A stretch of 36,006 bases of DNA from an uncultured Isosphaeraceae bacterium (GTDB lineage Bacteria; Planctomycetota; Phycisphaerae; Phycisphaerales; SM1A02), in the NCBI GenBank assembly GCA_964596455.1, contig CAZQUA010000001.1, positions 1 through 36,006 of the forward strand, given 5' to 3'. The position numbers and the translations under genes are program-made. The notes below the pieces were generated by a model. That model searched no databases, was not told the origin of the DNA, and saw nothing but the letters and a program-made list of their open reading frames with translations. This document shows, piece by piece, positions 1 to 8,811 of this stretch. The first letter of the stretch is position 1. Every line of letters starts with the position of its first letter.

Positions 1-1099
1 TCGCGGCGCAGTTGGCGAGATTGAAGAGCGTCAGCACCGGCGTCCGCTGCCGCTCCGGGATCGTGTCGAAGACCAGCAGGAAGGTCGCCATCTCCCAGCA
101 GGCCCAGCCGATGCCCACGACCAGCTGCAGCGAGAAGAGGTACCAGAACTCCCCCGAGACCAGCCACAGCGTCGCCGCCGGCGTGATCGCCACCCCGCCG
201 ATCCACAGCAGCCTGCCGGCGCCGTGCCGCTTGGTGAACCGCCCGATGAGGGGAAGGGCCACGACCTTGGAGATCACGGTGCAGGCGTTGATCCCCATGA
301 GCTCGAGGTAGCTGAAGCGAAGCTCCTCGAGGATGTAGGCGGTGAAGAAGGGGCCGGACACCTGCACGCTCATCGTGACCGCGAGCATGTAGAGCAGCAC
401 CAGGCGGCCCTTGCCGCCGGCGAGGAAGGGCCGCAGGGCCCGTCGCGAGAGCGGCTCGATGGCGGCGGCGAACGCCGGCGACGCGTCGCTGTGGCGGTAG
501 AGCAGCACCGACGAGACGGCCCGGGCGAGGAACGCGGCGAGGAAGATCCATCCGAATGCCGCGAGCGGATCGCCGCCGTCGTTGCCCCGCTGCAGCACGA
601 TGGCGGCGGCGGCGAGGCCGACGATCAGGCCGACCTGGGAGATCCTCGACCGCTGCGCGAAGAAGCGGGAGCGGATCGGCCCGGGCACGATCGTCGTCAC
701 CCAGGTGTTCCACGCGGGACCGGTGGCCAGTCCCGCCGCCCAGTACAGCGACGCCAACGAGAAGAGCAGCCACGCGGGAACGGAGTCCGCCGCCGCCATC
801 GCCACCAGCGGCACCAGCGAGAGCGCCTGCAGCAGCGCGTTGGAGGCCACCCAGGTCCGCAGCGATCCGCACCGGCGGATCGCCCAGGGCGAGACCAGCT
901 GCAGCACCGCCCCCACGAGCAGCGGCACCGTCGCGAGCAGGCCCGACAGCAGTTCGCCCATGCCGGAGGCGAGGCCGAAGGCGACGAAGTAGGCCTCGCC
1001 GCAGCCGGTCATGACCGCCCACGCGAAGGCGTCGGCGTTGAGCAGGCGAAGGTCGCGTCGAAGTCGGATGGCCCGGTCCGTCGGGCCCGGGGGCGGCAT
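1..1099 (-). CDS. MFS-type transporter (partial; C-terminus lies beyond the window edge)
   Basis: Minus-strand reading frame is open from ATG (1099-1097) to the window edge. It is absent from the ORF track because it has no in-window stop. My translation MPPPGPTDRAIRLRRDLRLLNADAFAWAVMTGCGEAYFVAFGLASGMGELLSGLLATVPLLVGAVLQLVSPWAIRR... continues as successive hydrophobic helices with short Arg-rich loops, typical of MFS permeases. The plus-strand ORFs here (224..1402 etc.) are R/P/G-rich artefacts. Confidence 0.7.
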   Translation of the reverse strand, partial: MPPPGPTDRAIRLRRDLRLLNADAFAWAVMTGCGEAYFVAFGLASGMGELLSGLLATVPLLVGAVLQLVSPWAIRRCGSLRTWVASNALLQALSLVPLVAMAAADSVPAWLLFSLASLYWAAGLATGPAWNTWVTTIVPGPIRSRFFAQRSRISQVGLIVGLAAAAIVLQRGNDGGDPLAAFGWIFLAAFLARAVSSVLLYRHSDASPAFAAAIEPLSRRALRPFLAGGKGRLVLLYMLAVTMSVQVSGPFFTAYILEELRFSYLELMGINACTVISKVVALPLIGRFTKRHGAGRLLWIGGVAITPAATLWLVSGEFWYLFSLQLVVGIGWACWEMATFLLVFDTIPERQRTPVLTLFNLANCAA

Positions 1100-1561
1100 C
1101 GCGCGGATCCTACCGACCGCCGCCCTCGGCGACGCGGCCGCCCCGCCCCGGAACGCCGCCGCCTTTCCCCTCCGGCGACGCGGGTTTCGGTTGCCTCCGC
1201 TCGGGGAGCGAAGTATGGTCAGCGGTCCCCGGCGCTCGCCGCGGGACCTTCTTCAGCGCCTGCCGAGTCCGCTTGCCCGTGCCCATCCGCACCTCCGCCG
1301 CTTCGCCGCACCCCTCGGGTCGGCTCCCCCGCCACGGGCGGGGCGTCCGTGGCGGACGGTCCCACGCGGTCCGGCCGGGCAGCCTTCCGAACCACCCGAT
1401 GACGCTCGCCTCTCGATGACTGCAGCTCCCGTTTGGTGCTGCGGACGCGAGCGTCCCCGATCCGACCAAGCCGGTCAGGCGTGGGGCGTCGCCGGAACGC
1501 GCCCGCGTCCTCTTCCCACCCCATCCCTCCGGCCGACGAAAGGAATCCAGCCATCTCCCAG

Positions 1562-2308
1562 ATGAGACGCCCCTTCCGAGGGGAGAGTGCCCCGAGCGGC
1601 CCCCGGATCAACGACCGCATCCGGATCTCGCCGATTCGCCTGATCGACGAGCACGGAGAGATGGTGGGCATCGTCGAGACCGACGACGCCCGCCGCCGCG
1701 CCGCCGAGGCCGGGCTCGACCTCGTCGAGGTCGCCGCCGACGTCCGCCCGCCGGTGTGCCGGATCATGGACTACGGCAAGTTCCGCTACGAGCAGTCCAA
1801 GAAGGACCGCGCCGGGCGAGCCAAGAGCAAGGTCTCCGAGATGAAGGAGGTCCGCCTCGGCCGCTCGATGAAGATCGACCCGCACGACGTGGAGATCCGG
1901 ATCAACCAGGCCCGGAAGTTCCTGCTCGAGGGGCACCGGGTCCAGATCGTGCAGAACATCCGCGGCGCCCGCGAGATGGCCCACCGCCACCGCGGCGATG
2001 CCCGCATGCAGGATGTGATCGACCGCCTCGCCGACCTCGGCAAGGTCGAGATGGCGCCCCGCCTGAACGGCCGGCGGTTCATCATGATCATCGTCCCCGA
2101 CCGAGCGAAGGTGGAGGCCCACAAGCGCCGTGAGGCCGCGAAGAACCCGCAGGCTCCCGCGGCGGCCCCGGACGGCGACGCCCACGAGGTCCTCGAAGAG
2201 ACGGGCGAGCCGCAGCACGCCGCGATGAGCGGCGAACGCCTCGCGATCCCGCAGCTCTCCGCCGGCGACGGCGGCGGCGAGGACGGCGGCGACTCCGCGG
2301 GCGACTGA
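1562..2308 (+). CDS. infC: Translation initiation factor IF-3 with an acidic low-complexity C-terminal tail
   Basis: INDRIRISPIRLIDEHGEMVGIVETDDARRRAAEAGLDLVEVAADVRPPVCRIMDYGKFRYEQSKK...EVRLGRSMKIDPHDVEIRINQARKFLLEGHRVQIVQNIRGAREMAH matches both IF-3 N and C domains. First in-frame ATG is at 1562; the exact start is uncertain because infC often uses atypical starts. The ~65 aa tail (…DGDAHEVLEETGEP…GDGGGEDGGDSAGD) lies beyond the usual IF-3 end. Confidence 0.9.
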   Translation: MRRPFRGESAPSGPRINDRIRISPIRLIDEHGEMVGIVETDDARRRAAEAGLDLVEVAADVRPPVCRIMDYGKFRYEQSKKDRAGRAKSKVSEMKEVRLGRSMKIDPHDVEIRINQARKFLLEGHRVQIVQNIRGAREMAHRHRGDARMQDVIDRLADLGKVEMAPRLNGRRFIMIIVPDRAKVEAHKRREAAKNPQAPAAAPDGDAHEVLEETGEPQHAAMSGERLAIPQLSAGDGGGEDGGDSAGD

Positions 2309-2311
2309 CCG

Positions 2312-2349
2312 CTTGCGATATTTATTCGGCCATCGCATAATGATGCGAT
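2312..2349 (+). promoter_or_regulatory. Putative tandem ARG-box operator overlapping the argR start codon
   Basis: This is the only AT-rich island in this part of the window: TTGCGATATTTATTCGGC-CA-ATCGCATAATGATGCGAT. The second 18-mer (2332-2349) has perfect inverted ends (ATCGCAT / ATGCGAT) around a 4-bp AATG centre, with a GCAT-AATG-ATGC core. TGCGAT half-sites occur at 2314-2319 and 2344-2349, and the reverse complement ATCGCA at 2332-2337. Two 18-bp boxes separated by 2 bp is the classical ARG-box layout. Confidence 0.45.
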
Positions 2350-2803
2350 GTCCCAGAAGGTCCGCCGCCGCGCCGCCATCCTCGAGCTGATCCGGACCGG
2401 CTCCCACCGCCGGCAGGAGTCGCTCCGGCAGTCGCTGCTCGAGCGGGGCCTCTCCTGCACGCAGGCCACGCTCTCGCGGGACCTCGCCGAACTCGGCATC
2501 CTGAAGGGTGCCGAGGGCTACATCGTGCCCGAGGATGCCAGCGTCGCCGGCGGCGAAGCCCCGCTCGCGGACGCGTTGCGGCGGGAGCTCCTCGCCGCCT
2601 CCCGCGGCGGCACCACCATCGTCCTGCGGACGCCCCCGGGCCACGGCAACGCCCTCGCGGTCGAGCTCGACCGCAGCCGCCTGCCGGGGATGCTCGGCTC
2701 GATCGCCGGCGACGACACCGTGTTCATCGCCGCGGCTTCCTCCGCCGCCGCGGAGCGCCTGCTGCGGCGCCTCCGCGGCCTCGCCGGCCTCTCCTCCCGC
2801 TGA
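2348..2803 (+). CDS. argR: Arginine repressor
   Basis: N-terminal winged-helix signature (RRAAILELIRTGSHRRQESLRQSLLERGLSCTQATLSRDLAELGILK) and C-terminal oligomerisation/arginine-binding signature (SIAGDDTVFIAA). Sits at the head of the arg operon. Confidence 0.9.
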   Translation: MSQKVRRRAAILELIRTGSHRRQESLRQSLLERGLSCTQATLSRDLAELGILKGAEGYIVPEDASVAGGEAPLADALRRELLAASRGGTTIVLRTPPGHGNALAVELDRSRLPGMLGSIAGDDTVFIAAASSAAAERLLRRLRGLAGLSSR

Positions 2804-2825
2804 ACGCCTCCCGCGAGACCCGCCC

Positions 2826-3875
2826 ATGCCGAAGGTCGCCGTGATCGGAGCATCCGGATACGCGGGAGGCGAACTCCTCTCGCTGCTGCTGGCGCATCCA
2901 GCGTGCGAGCTCGTCGGGGCCTTCGGCTCGGGAAGCGGCGCGGCTCCGCCAACGGTCGCGGAGGCGCACCCGCGTCTGCGAGGCGCGACGTCGCTCGCCA
3001 TCGAGGCCGCCTCGCCCGAGGCGATCCTTGCGAGCGGACCCGACGCGGTGTTCCTCGCCACGCCGCACGAGGCGAGCCACGCCCTCGCGCCGACGCTGCT
3101 CGAGCATGGCTGCGTGGTGCTCGATCTTTCCGCGGCCTTCCGGTTGCCCGATCCCGCCGCGTACGAGCGGCACTACGGCTTCGCCCACCGCCGGCCGGAC
3201 CTGCTCGCCCGCGCCGCCTACGGCCTCGCCGAGCTCGAGGCCGAGGCGATCGCCGCGAGCGATCTCATCGCCGTGCCCGGCTGCTATCCGACCTCGGTCA
3301 TCCTGCCGCTGCGGCCCCTCGCGGAGGCCGGCATCCTCGATCCCGCCGGGACCGTCGTGGTGGATGCGGTGAGCGGCGTCAGCGGCGCCGGCCGCGGGGC
3401 CCTTGCCCGCACGAGCTTCTGCGAGGTGAGCCTGCAGGCCTACGGGGTCATGAGCCACCGCCACGAGCCGGAGATCGCGGCCCACGGCGGCGTCGAGGTC
3501 GTCTTCGTGCCGCACCTCGGCCCCTTCCCCCGCGGCATCCTCAGCACCCTGCACCTGCCGCTTCGGCGGGGCGTGGGCGAAGCGGCGCTGCGGGAGATCC
3601 TCGCCGCCGCCTACGAGGGATCGCCGTCGGTCCGACTGCTGCCGAGCGGGGCCTGGCCCTCCATCGCCGCGGTCGAGCGGACGGACTTCTGCGACCTCGG
3701 GCTCGCCGTGCATCCCTCCCGTCCCCACGCGGTGGTGTCGAGCGCGATCGACAACCTCCGCAAGGGCGCCGCGGGGCAGGCGATGCAGTGCCTCGAGATC
3801 CGCTTCGGCCTCGCCGCCTCGCCCGATCCCGAAGCGGCCCTCGCCCGCCTCGCCGCCGTGGGGGCGCCGCGATGA
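2826..3875 (+). CDS. argC: N-acetyl-gamma-glutamyl-phosphate reductase
   Basis: MPKVAVIGASGYAGGELLSLLLAHP (NAD-binding Rossmann start) and the active-site motif VPGCYPTS. In-frame ATG at 2826 inside track ORF 2508..3875. Confidence 0.95.
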   Translation: MPKVAVIGASGYAGGELLSLLLAHPACELVGAFGSGSGAAPPTVAEAHPRLRGATSLAIEAASPEAILASGPDAVFLATPHEASHALAPTLLEHGCVVLDLSAAFRLPDPAAYERHYGFAHRRPDLLARAAYGLAELEAEAIAASDLIAVPGCYPTSVILPLRPLAEAGILDPAGTVVVDAVSGVSGAGRGALARTSFCEVSLQAYGVMSHRHEPEIAAHGGVEVVFVPHLGPFPRGILSTLHLPLRRGVGEAALREILAAAYEGSPSVRLLPSGAWPSIAAVERTDFCDLGLAVHPSRPHAVVSSAIDNLRKGAAGQAMQCLEIRFGLAASPDPEAALARLAAVGAPR

Positions 3876-4696
3876 GCCGCGGCTCCCTCGCCGCTGCGGC
3901 GGGCCCGCTCGTGGTGAAGGTCGGCGGCGGCCTGCTCGAGGGGGACGGCCCGGAGGCGATCGCAGGGTTGGCGCCGCCGCTTCGCCGCGGCGGCGGGGTC
4001 GTGCTCGTCCACGGCGGCGGCACCGCCGTCGACCGACAGCTTGCGGCCCTTGGCTTCGACACGGTGCGTCGGGAGGGCATCCGCATCACGCCGCCGGAGC
4101 AGATGGACGCGATCGCCGGCGTGCTGGCGGGGAGCGTGAACAAGCGTCTCGTGGCGGCGCTCCTCGCCGCGGGCGTGCCCGCGGCGGGGGTCTGCCTCGG
4201 CGACGGGGGCCTCGCGGCCTGCCGGCGACGCCGCGGCGGCTTCGACGCGGGCTGCGTCGGCGAGGTCGCGGGCGGCGAGGGCGGCCTGCTTCGGGTGCTG
4301 CTCGCCGCGGGCTACCTGCCGGTGGTGAGCTCGATCGGCATCGGCGAGGACGGGGAACTGCTCAACCTCAACGCCGACGACGCCGCCGCCGGCCTCGCCC
4401 GGATCCTCGACGCTCGCGAACTGCTGCTGCTCACCGACACCGCCGGCGTCCGCGGCCGCGACGGCGGCACCCTGCGGCAACTCGATCGCGAGGCCATCGA
4501 CCGCGGCATCGCGGAGGGCTGGATCGAAGGCGGCATGGTCGCCAAGGTCCGCAGCGCCCTGCACGCCGCCGAGACCGCCGGCATCCCCGTCCGCATCGCC
4601 TCGTGGCGAGATCCGCAGGCGCTCTGCGGCGAGGCCGCCGGCGGCACGCGGATCCTCCCCCACGCCCCCATCTTCGAGGCCCTCTCCCCACGATGA
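3872..4696 (+). CDS. argB: Acetylglutamate kinase
   Basis: LVVKVGGGLL…VLVHGGG…LNLNADDAAAGLA…LLLLTDTAGV…GGMVAKV are amino-acid-kinase family motifs. The ATG at 3872 overlaps the argC TGA (ATGA). Confidence 0.95.
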   Translation: MSRGSLAAAAGPLVVKVGGGLLEGDGPEAIAGLAPPLRRGGGVVLVHGGGTAVDRQLAALGFDTVRREGIRITPPEQMDAIAGVLAGSVNKRLVAALLAAGVPAAGVCLGDGGLAACRRRRGGFDAGCVGEVAGGEGGLLRVLLAAGYLPVVSSIGIGEDGELLNLNADDAAAGLARILDARELLLLTDTAGVRGRDGGTLRQLDREAIDRGIAEGWIEGGMVAKVRSALHAAETAGIPVRIASWRDPQALCGEAAGGTRILPHAPIFEALSPR

Positions 4697-5640
4697 ACTC
4701 GCTCGCCATCCCGCCCGCGGCCGCGATCGGCCGCCCGGTCCTCCGTTCGCTCGATCTCGCGCCGCAGGAGATCCTCGCGATCCTCGACCTCGCCGCCGCC
4801 CTCAAGCGGGAGCCCGCCGCCTTCGCGGACTCGCTGCGGGGACGCGGCCTCGTGATGCTCTTCGAGAAGCCCTCGCTGCGGACCCGGGTCAGCTTCGAGC
4901 TCGGCTTCGCTCGCCTCGGCGGCGCCGCCGTCCATCTCGACCATCGCGGCGAGGCGATCGGCCAACGGGAGACGATCGAGGACTACGGCCGCAACCTCGA
5001 GCGGTGGGCGGACCTCGTGGTGGCCCGGGTGCACCGGCACGACACCCTCGAGCGCCTCGCGGCGGCCTGCCGCGTGCCGGTGATCAACGCCCTGAGCGAC
5101 CGCTTCCACCCGTGCCAGGCGCTGGCGGACTTCCTCACCCTCGCGGAGCGGGGGATCCCGATCCCCGAGGCCCGCCTCGCCTTCGTCGGCGCCGGCAACA
5201 ACGTCTGCCACTCCCTGATGGAGACCGCGGCGCTGCTTGGAGCGGAGTTCGTCGCGGTGACCCCGCCGGACTGCCGCCCCGACGCGGCCATCGAGCAGGA
5301 GTGCCGCGAACTCGCCGCCGAACGGGGCGGCCGGGTGCGGTGGAGCGGCGAGCTGGAGGCGATCCGCGGCGTCCACGCGGTCTACACCGACGCCTGGGTC
5401 TCCATGGGCGAGCGCGACGACGCCGCCCGGCGGGCCGCCCTCGAGGCCTACCGGATCGACGAGCGGGCGATGTCGATCGCCGGCCCTCGCGCGATCTTCA
5501 TGCACTGCCTCCCCGCCCATCGTGGCGAGGAGGTCTGCTCCGCGGTGATCGACGGTCCCCGCTCGGCGGTCTTCGATCAGGCGGAGAATCGCCTGCACGC
5601 CCAGAATGCCCTGATGCTTCGCCTGCTCGGCGCCGCCTGA
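4693..5640 (+). CDS. argF: Ornithine carbamoyltransferase
   Basis: Carbamoyl-phosphate motif SLRTR, HPCQALAD, ornithine-binding DAWVSMGE and FMHCLPAHRGEE. The ATG at 4693 overlaps the argB TGA (ATGA). Confidence 0.9.
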   Translation: MNSLAIPPAAAIGRPVLRSLDLAPQEILAILDLAAALKREPAAFADSLRGRGLVMLFEKPSLRTRVSFELGFARLGGAAVHLDHRGEAIGQRETIEDYGRNLERWADLVVARVHRHDTLERLAAACRVPVINALSDRFHPCQALADFLTLAERGIPIPEARLAFVGAGNNVCHSLMETAALLGAEFVAVTPPDCRPDAAIEQECRELAAERGGRVRWSGELEAIRGVHAVYTDAWVSMGERDDAARRAALEAYRIDERAMSIAGPRAIFMHCLPAHRGEEVCSAVIDGPRSAVFDQAENRLHAQNALMLRLLGAA

Positions 5641-5683
5641 ACGGCGGCGCGTCCCGCCTCCGCAATCCCTCCGGACCCCTTCC

Positions 5684-6910
5684 ATGGCCAGCAAGATCGC
5701 CGTCGCCTACTCGGGCGGCCTCGACACCTCCGCGATGATCCCGTGGCTTCGCGAGCACCACGACGCCGAGGTCGTGGCGATCGTCGCGGACGTCGGGCAG
5801 GGCGAGGAGGAGCTCGCGGGCATCGAGCAGAAGGCCCTCCGCTCCGGGGCCGCCGCCTGCGAGGTCGTCGACCTTCGCGAGGAGTTCGTCGAGGAGTACC
5901 TCTTCCCGATGCTGCTCTCCGGGGCGGTCTACGAAGGCCGCTACCTGCTCGGCACCGCGATCGCCCGGCCGGCGATCGCCAAGGCGCAGGTGGAGGCGGC
6001 GCGACGGCTCGGCTGCGATGCCCTCGCCCACGGCTGCACCGGCAAGGGCAACGACCAGGTCCGCTTCGAGGCGGCCTACGCGGCGCTGGCACCCGATCTC
6101 GAGGTGATCGCGGCATGGCGGCACTGGGAGTTCCGCGGCCGCGAGGACCTGCTCGCCTACCTCGCCAAGCACGGGATCGCCTCGAGCGCCTCCGCGAGCA
6201 AGATCTACAGCCGCGACGGCAACCTCTGGCACCTCTCCCACGAGGGCGGCGCCCTCGAGGATCCCTGGAACGCGCCGCCCGCGGACCTGTGGGTGCGGAC
6301 CGCCGATCCGCAGCACGCCCCCGCGGAGCCGGCGGAGACGACCCTCTCCTTCGTGCGGGGCCGCCCGCGGGCGATCGACGGCCGGGCGGTCTCGGGCATC
6401 GAGGCGATCGAGCATCTCAACCGCCTCGGCGGCGAGCACGGCGTGGGGCGGGTCGATCTCGTCGAGAACCGCCTCGTCGGCATGAAGAGCCGCGGCTGCT
6501 ACGAGACCCCCGGCGGGACGATCCTCATGGAGGCGCTGGCCGGCCTCGAGGAGCTCGTGCTCGACCGCCGCACCCTGCGGTGGCGCCGCGAGCAGTCGCT
6601 CGCGTTCGCGGAGCTCATCTACGACGGCCGCTGGTTCACGCCGCTTCGCGAGGTGATGGAGGCCGCCTTCGAGCGGATCGCCGATCGCCTCGAGGGCGAG
6701 GTGCGGGTGCGGGTCCACCGCGGCACCGCGACCACGGTGGGCCGCCGCAGTCCCCGCAGCCTGTACGCGGAGGCCTTCGCGACCTTCTCCGCCGACGAGG
6801 TCTACCGGCAGTCCGACGCCGGCGGCTTCATCCGGCTGTTCACCCTGCCGAGCCGCATCGAGGCCCTGCGGGACGCCGCCGCCGCTCCGACCGCGGAAGC
6901 CCCGCGATGA
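5684..6910 (+). CDS. argG: Argininosuccinate synthase
   Basis: AYSGGLDTS ATP-pyrophosphatase motif, HGCTGKGNDQVRFE, and ENRLVGMKSRGCYETPGGT. Confidence 0.95.
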   Translation: MASKIAVAYSGGLDTSAMIPWLREHHDAEVVAIVADVGQGEEELAGIEQKALRSGAAACEVVDLREEFVEEYLFPMLLSGAVYEGRYLLGTAIARPAIAKAQVEAARRLGCDALAHGCTGKGNDQVRFEAAYAALAPDLEVIAAWRHWEFRGREDLLAYLAKHGIASSASASKIYSRDGNLWHLSHEGGALEDPWNAPPADLWVRTADPQHAPAEPAETTLSFVRGRPRAIDGRAVSGIEAIEHLNRLGGEHGVGRVDLVENRLVGMKSRGCYETPGGTILMEALAGLEELVLDRRTLRWRREQSLAFAELIYDGRWFTPLREVMEAAFERIADRLEGEVRVRVHRGTATTVGRRSPRSLYAEAFATFSADEVYRQSDAGGFIRLFTLPSRIEALRDAAAAPTAEAPR

Positions 6911-8811
6911 CCGGAACCGACGGCGAGGCCCCGCTGCCGCCCCGAGCGGCCCCGCTCTGGTCGGGCCGCCTCGACGGGAGCGTGCACGAGCTCTTCTCGC
7001 TCTTCAACGATTCGCTTCCGATCGACGGCCGCCTGCTCGCGGAGGATCTCGACGCCTCCGCGGCATGGGCCCGGGCCCTCGAGCGGGCCGGGGTCCTCGG
7101 GCACGCCGACCGCCTTGCACTGGAGGAGGCGATCGAGGGGATCCGCGAGGCGGTCGCCGCGGATCCGTCGCGGCTGCAGGCCGCCCGCGACGAGGACGTC
7201 CACTCCTTCGTCGAGCGGGAACTGGTCGCGAGGCTCGGCGATCTCGGCAAGCGCCTGCACACCGGCCGAAGCCGCAACGACCAGGTCGCGACGGACCTTC
7301 GCCTCTGGACGATGCGGGCGATCGACGCCCGCAGCCGCGAGCTGCAGGAGGCGATCCACGCCCTCGTCGCCCTCGCCGACCGCGAACGCGAGGCGGTCTT
7401 CCCCGGCTACACCCATCTGCAGCGGGCTCAGCCGATCCTCTTCGCCCACTGGTGCCTCGCCTACGTGGAGATGCTCCGCCGCGACCTCGCCCGCCTCGCG
7501 GATGCCCGCCGACGCACCGCCTCCTGCCCCCTCGGCAGCGCCGCCCTCGCCGGCACCGCGTATCCGATCGATCGCGAGTCGCTCGCGGTGGACCTCGGCT
7601 TCGCCGCGGCGAGCGTCAACAGCCTCGATGCGGTGGGCGACCGCGACTTCGTGGCGGAGACGGTCGGGGCGATCTCGCTCTGCGCCGTGCATCTCTCCCG
7701 CCTCGCCGAGGACCTGATCTTCTACGCCTCCAGCGAGGCCGGTCTCGTCGAGCTGCCCGACGGCCTCTGCTCGGGCAGCTCGATCATGCCGCAGAAGCGG
7801 AACCCCGACGCCCTCGAGCTGATGCGGGGCAAGGCGGCGATCCAGATCGGCCGCGGCGCCGGCGTCCTCGCCCTGCTCAAGGGCCTGCCCACCGCCTACA
7901 ACAAGGACCTGCAGGAGGACAAGGCCACGCTGTTCGCGTCGATGGACGACCTCTCGATCTGCCTGCGGGTGCTGCCGCCGCTGCTCGACGGCCTGCGGGT
8001 GCGTCGGGATCGGGCCCGCGAGGCCGCCATCGGCGACTTCGCCAACGCCACCGAACTTGCCGACCATCTCGCCCGGCACGGCGTGCCCTTCCGCGACGCC
8101 CACCATCAGGCGGGACGCCTCGTGAACGAGGCGATCGCCCGCGGCGTCGGCCTCGAGGGGCTTCCTCTCGAGACGATCCGCGGCGTCGCCCCCGCGGCGA
8201 CCGGACGGGTCTTCGTGGATCTCACCATCGAGAGCGCCCTTGCCCGTCGTCGCAGCGTCGGCGGCACCGCGCCGGACCAGGTGGCGGCGAGGCTCGCGCG
8301 GCTCCGCCGTCCCCCCGCCCGCTCCGCCGGCAGCGGCGAGGCGACGGTCCGCACCGCGACCGTCGAGGATCTTCCGGGCATCAAGCGCCTGGTGGACCTG
8401 TGGGCGGACGCCGGCGAGAACCTGCCCCGCAGCGAGGAGGAGATCCTGCACTCGATCCGCGACTTCGCGGTCGCCCTCGACGGCGGCGAGGTCGTGGGAT
8501 GCGGGGCCCTGTGGCTCTACACCCCCACCCTCGGCGAGATCCGCTCGGTGGGCGTCGATCCCGATCGCCACGGCGGCGGGATCGGCAGCCGCATCGTCGA
8601 GCACCTCGCCGGAATCGCCGCGAAGCTGCGGGTCGAGCGGGTCTTCGTGCTCACCCGGGCGCCGCTCTTCTTCGAACGCCTCGGCTTCCGGCAGGTGAGC
8701 GTGAACGCGTTGCCCGAGAAGATCCTGAAGGACTGCGCCCGCTGCCCGAAGCGGCACTGCTGCGACGAGATCGCGATGGTCCGAACGACCTTCGAAGGCG
8801 AAGGGGCATGA
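6907..8811 (+). CDS. argH: Argininosuccinate lyase fused to a C-terminal GNAT (short N-acetylglutamate-synthase-like) domain
   Basis: Lyase signatures LHTGRSRNDQVATDLRLW and GSSIMPQKRNPD are followed by a ~17-aa linker. A ~150 aa GNAT domain comes next (VRTATVEDLPGIKRLV…GEIRSVGVDPDRHGGGIGSRIVEHL…FFERLGFRQV), ending in CARCPKRHCC. The ATG at 6907 overlaps the argG TGA. Confidence 0.9.
   Translation: MTGTDGEAPLPPRAAPLWSGRLDGSVHELFSLFNDSLPIDGRLLAEDLDASAAWARALERAGVLGHADRLALEEAIEGIREAVAADPSRLQAARDEDVHSFVERELVARLGDLGKRLHTGRSRNDQVATDLRLWTMRAIDARSRELQEAIHALVALADREREAVFPGYTHLQRAQPILFAHWCLAYVEMLRRDLARLADARRRTASCPLGSAALAGTAYPIDRESLAVDLGFAAASVNSLDAVGDRDFVAETVGAISLCAVHLSRLAEDLIFYASSEAGLVELPDGLCSGSSIMPQKRNPDALELMRGKAAIQIGRGAGVLALLKGLPTAYNKDLQEDKATLFASMDDLSICLRVLPPLLDGLRVRRDRAREAAIGDFANATELADHLARHGVPFRDAHHQAGRLVNEAIARGVGLEGLPLETIRGVAPAATGRVFVDLTIESALARRRSVGGTAPDQVAARLARLRRPPARSAGSGEATVRTATVEDLPGIKRLVDLWADAGENLPRSEEEILHSIRDFAVALDGGEVVGCGALWLYTPTLGEIRSVGVDPDRHGGGIGSRIVEHLAGIAAKLRVERVFVLTRAPLFFERLGFRQVSVNALPEKILKDCARCPKRHCCDEIAMVRTTFEGEGA
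8347..8808 (+). other. GNAT acetyltransferase domain portion of the ArgH fusion protein
   Basis: Acetyl-CoA-binding-like motif R/Q-x-x-G-x-G/A is seen as RHGGGIGSRIV. The domain follows the normal ~460 aa end of ArgH. Boundaries were estimated by eye. Confidence 0.7.

Noticed and set aside
224-1402. Plus-strand 392-aa ORF and nested ORFs at the left edge
   Set aside because: These are R/E/G/P-rich low-complexity translations. The opposite strand encodes a convincing multi-helix MFS permease.
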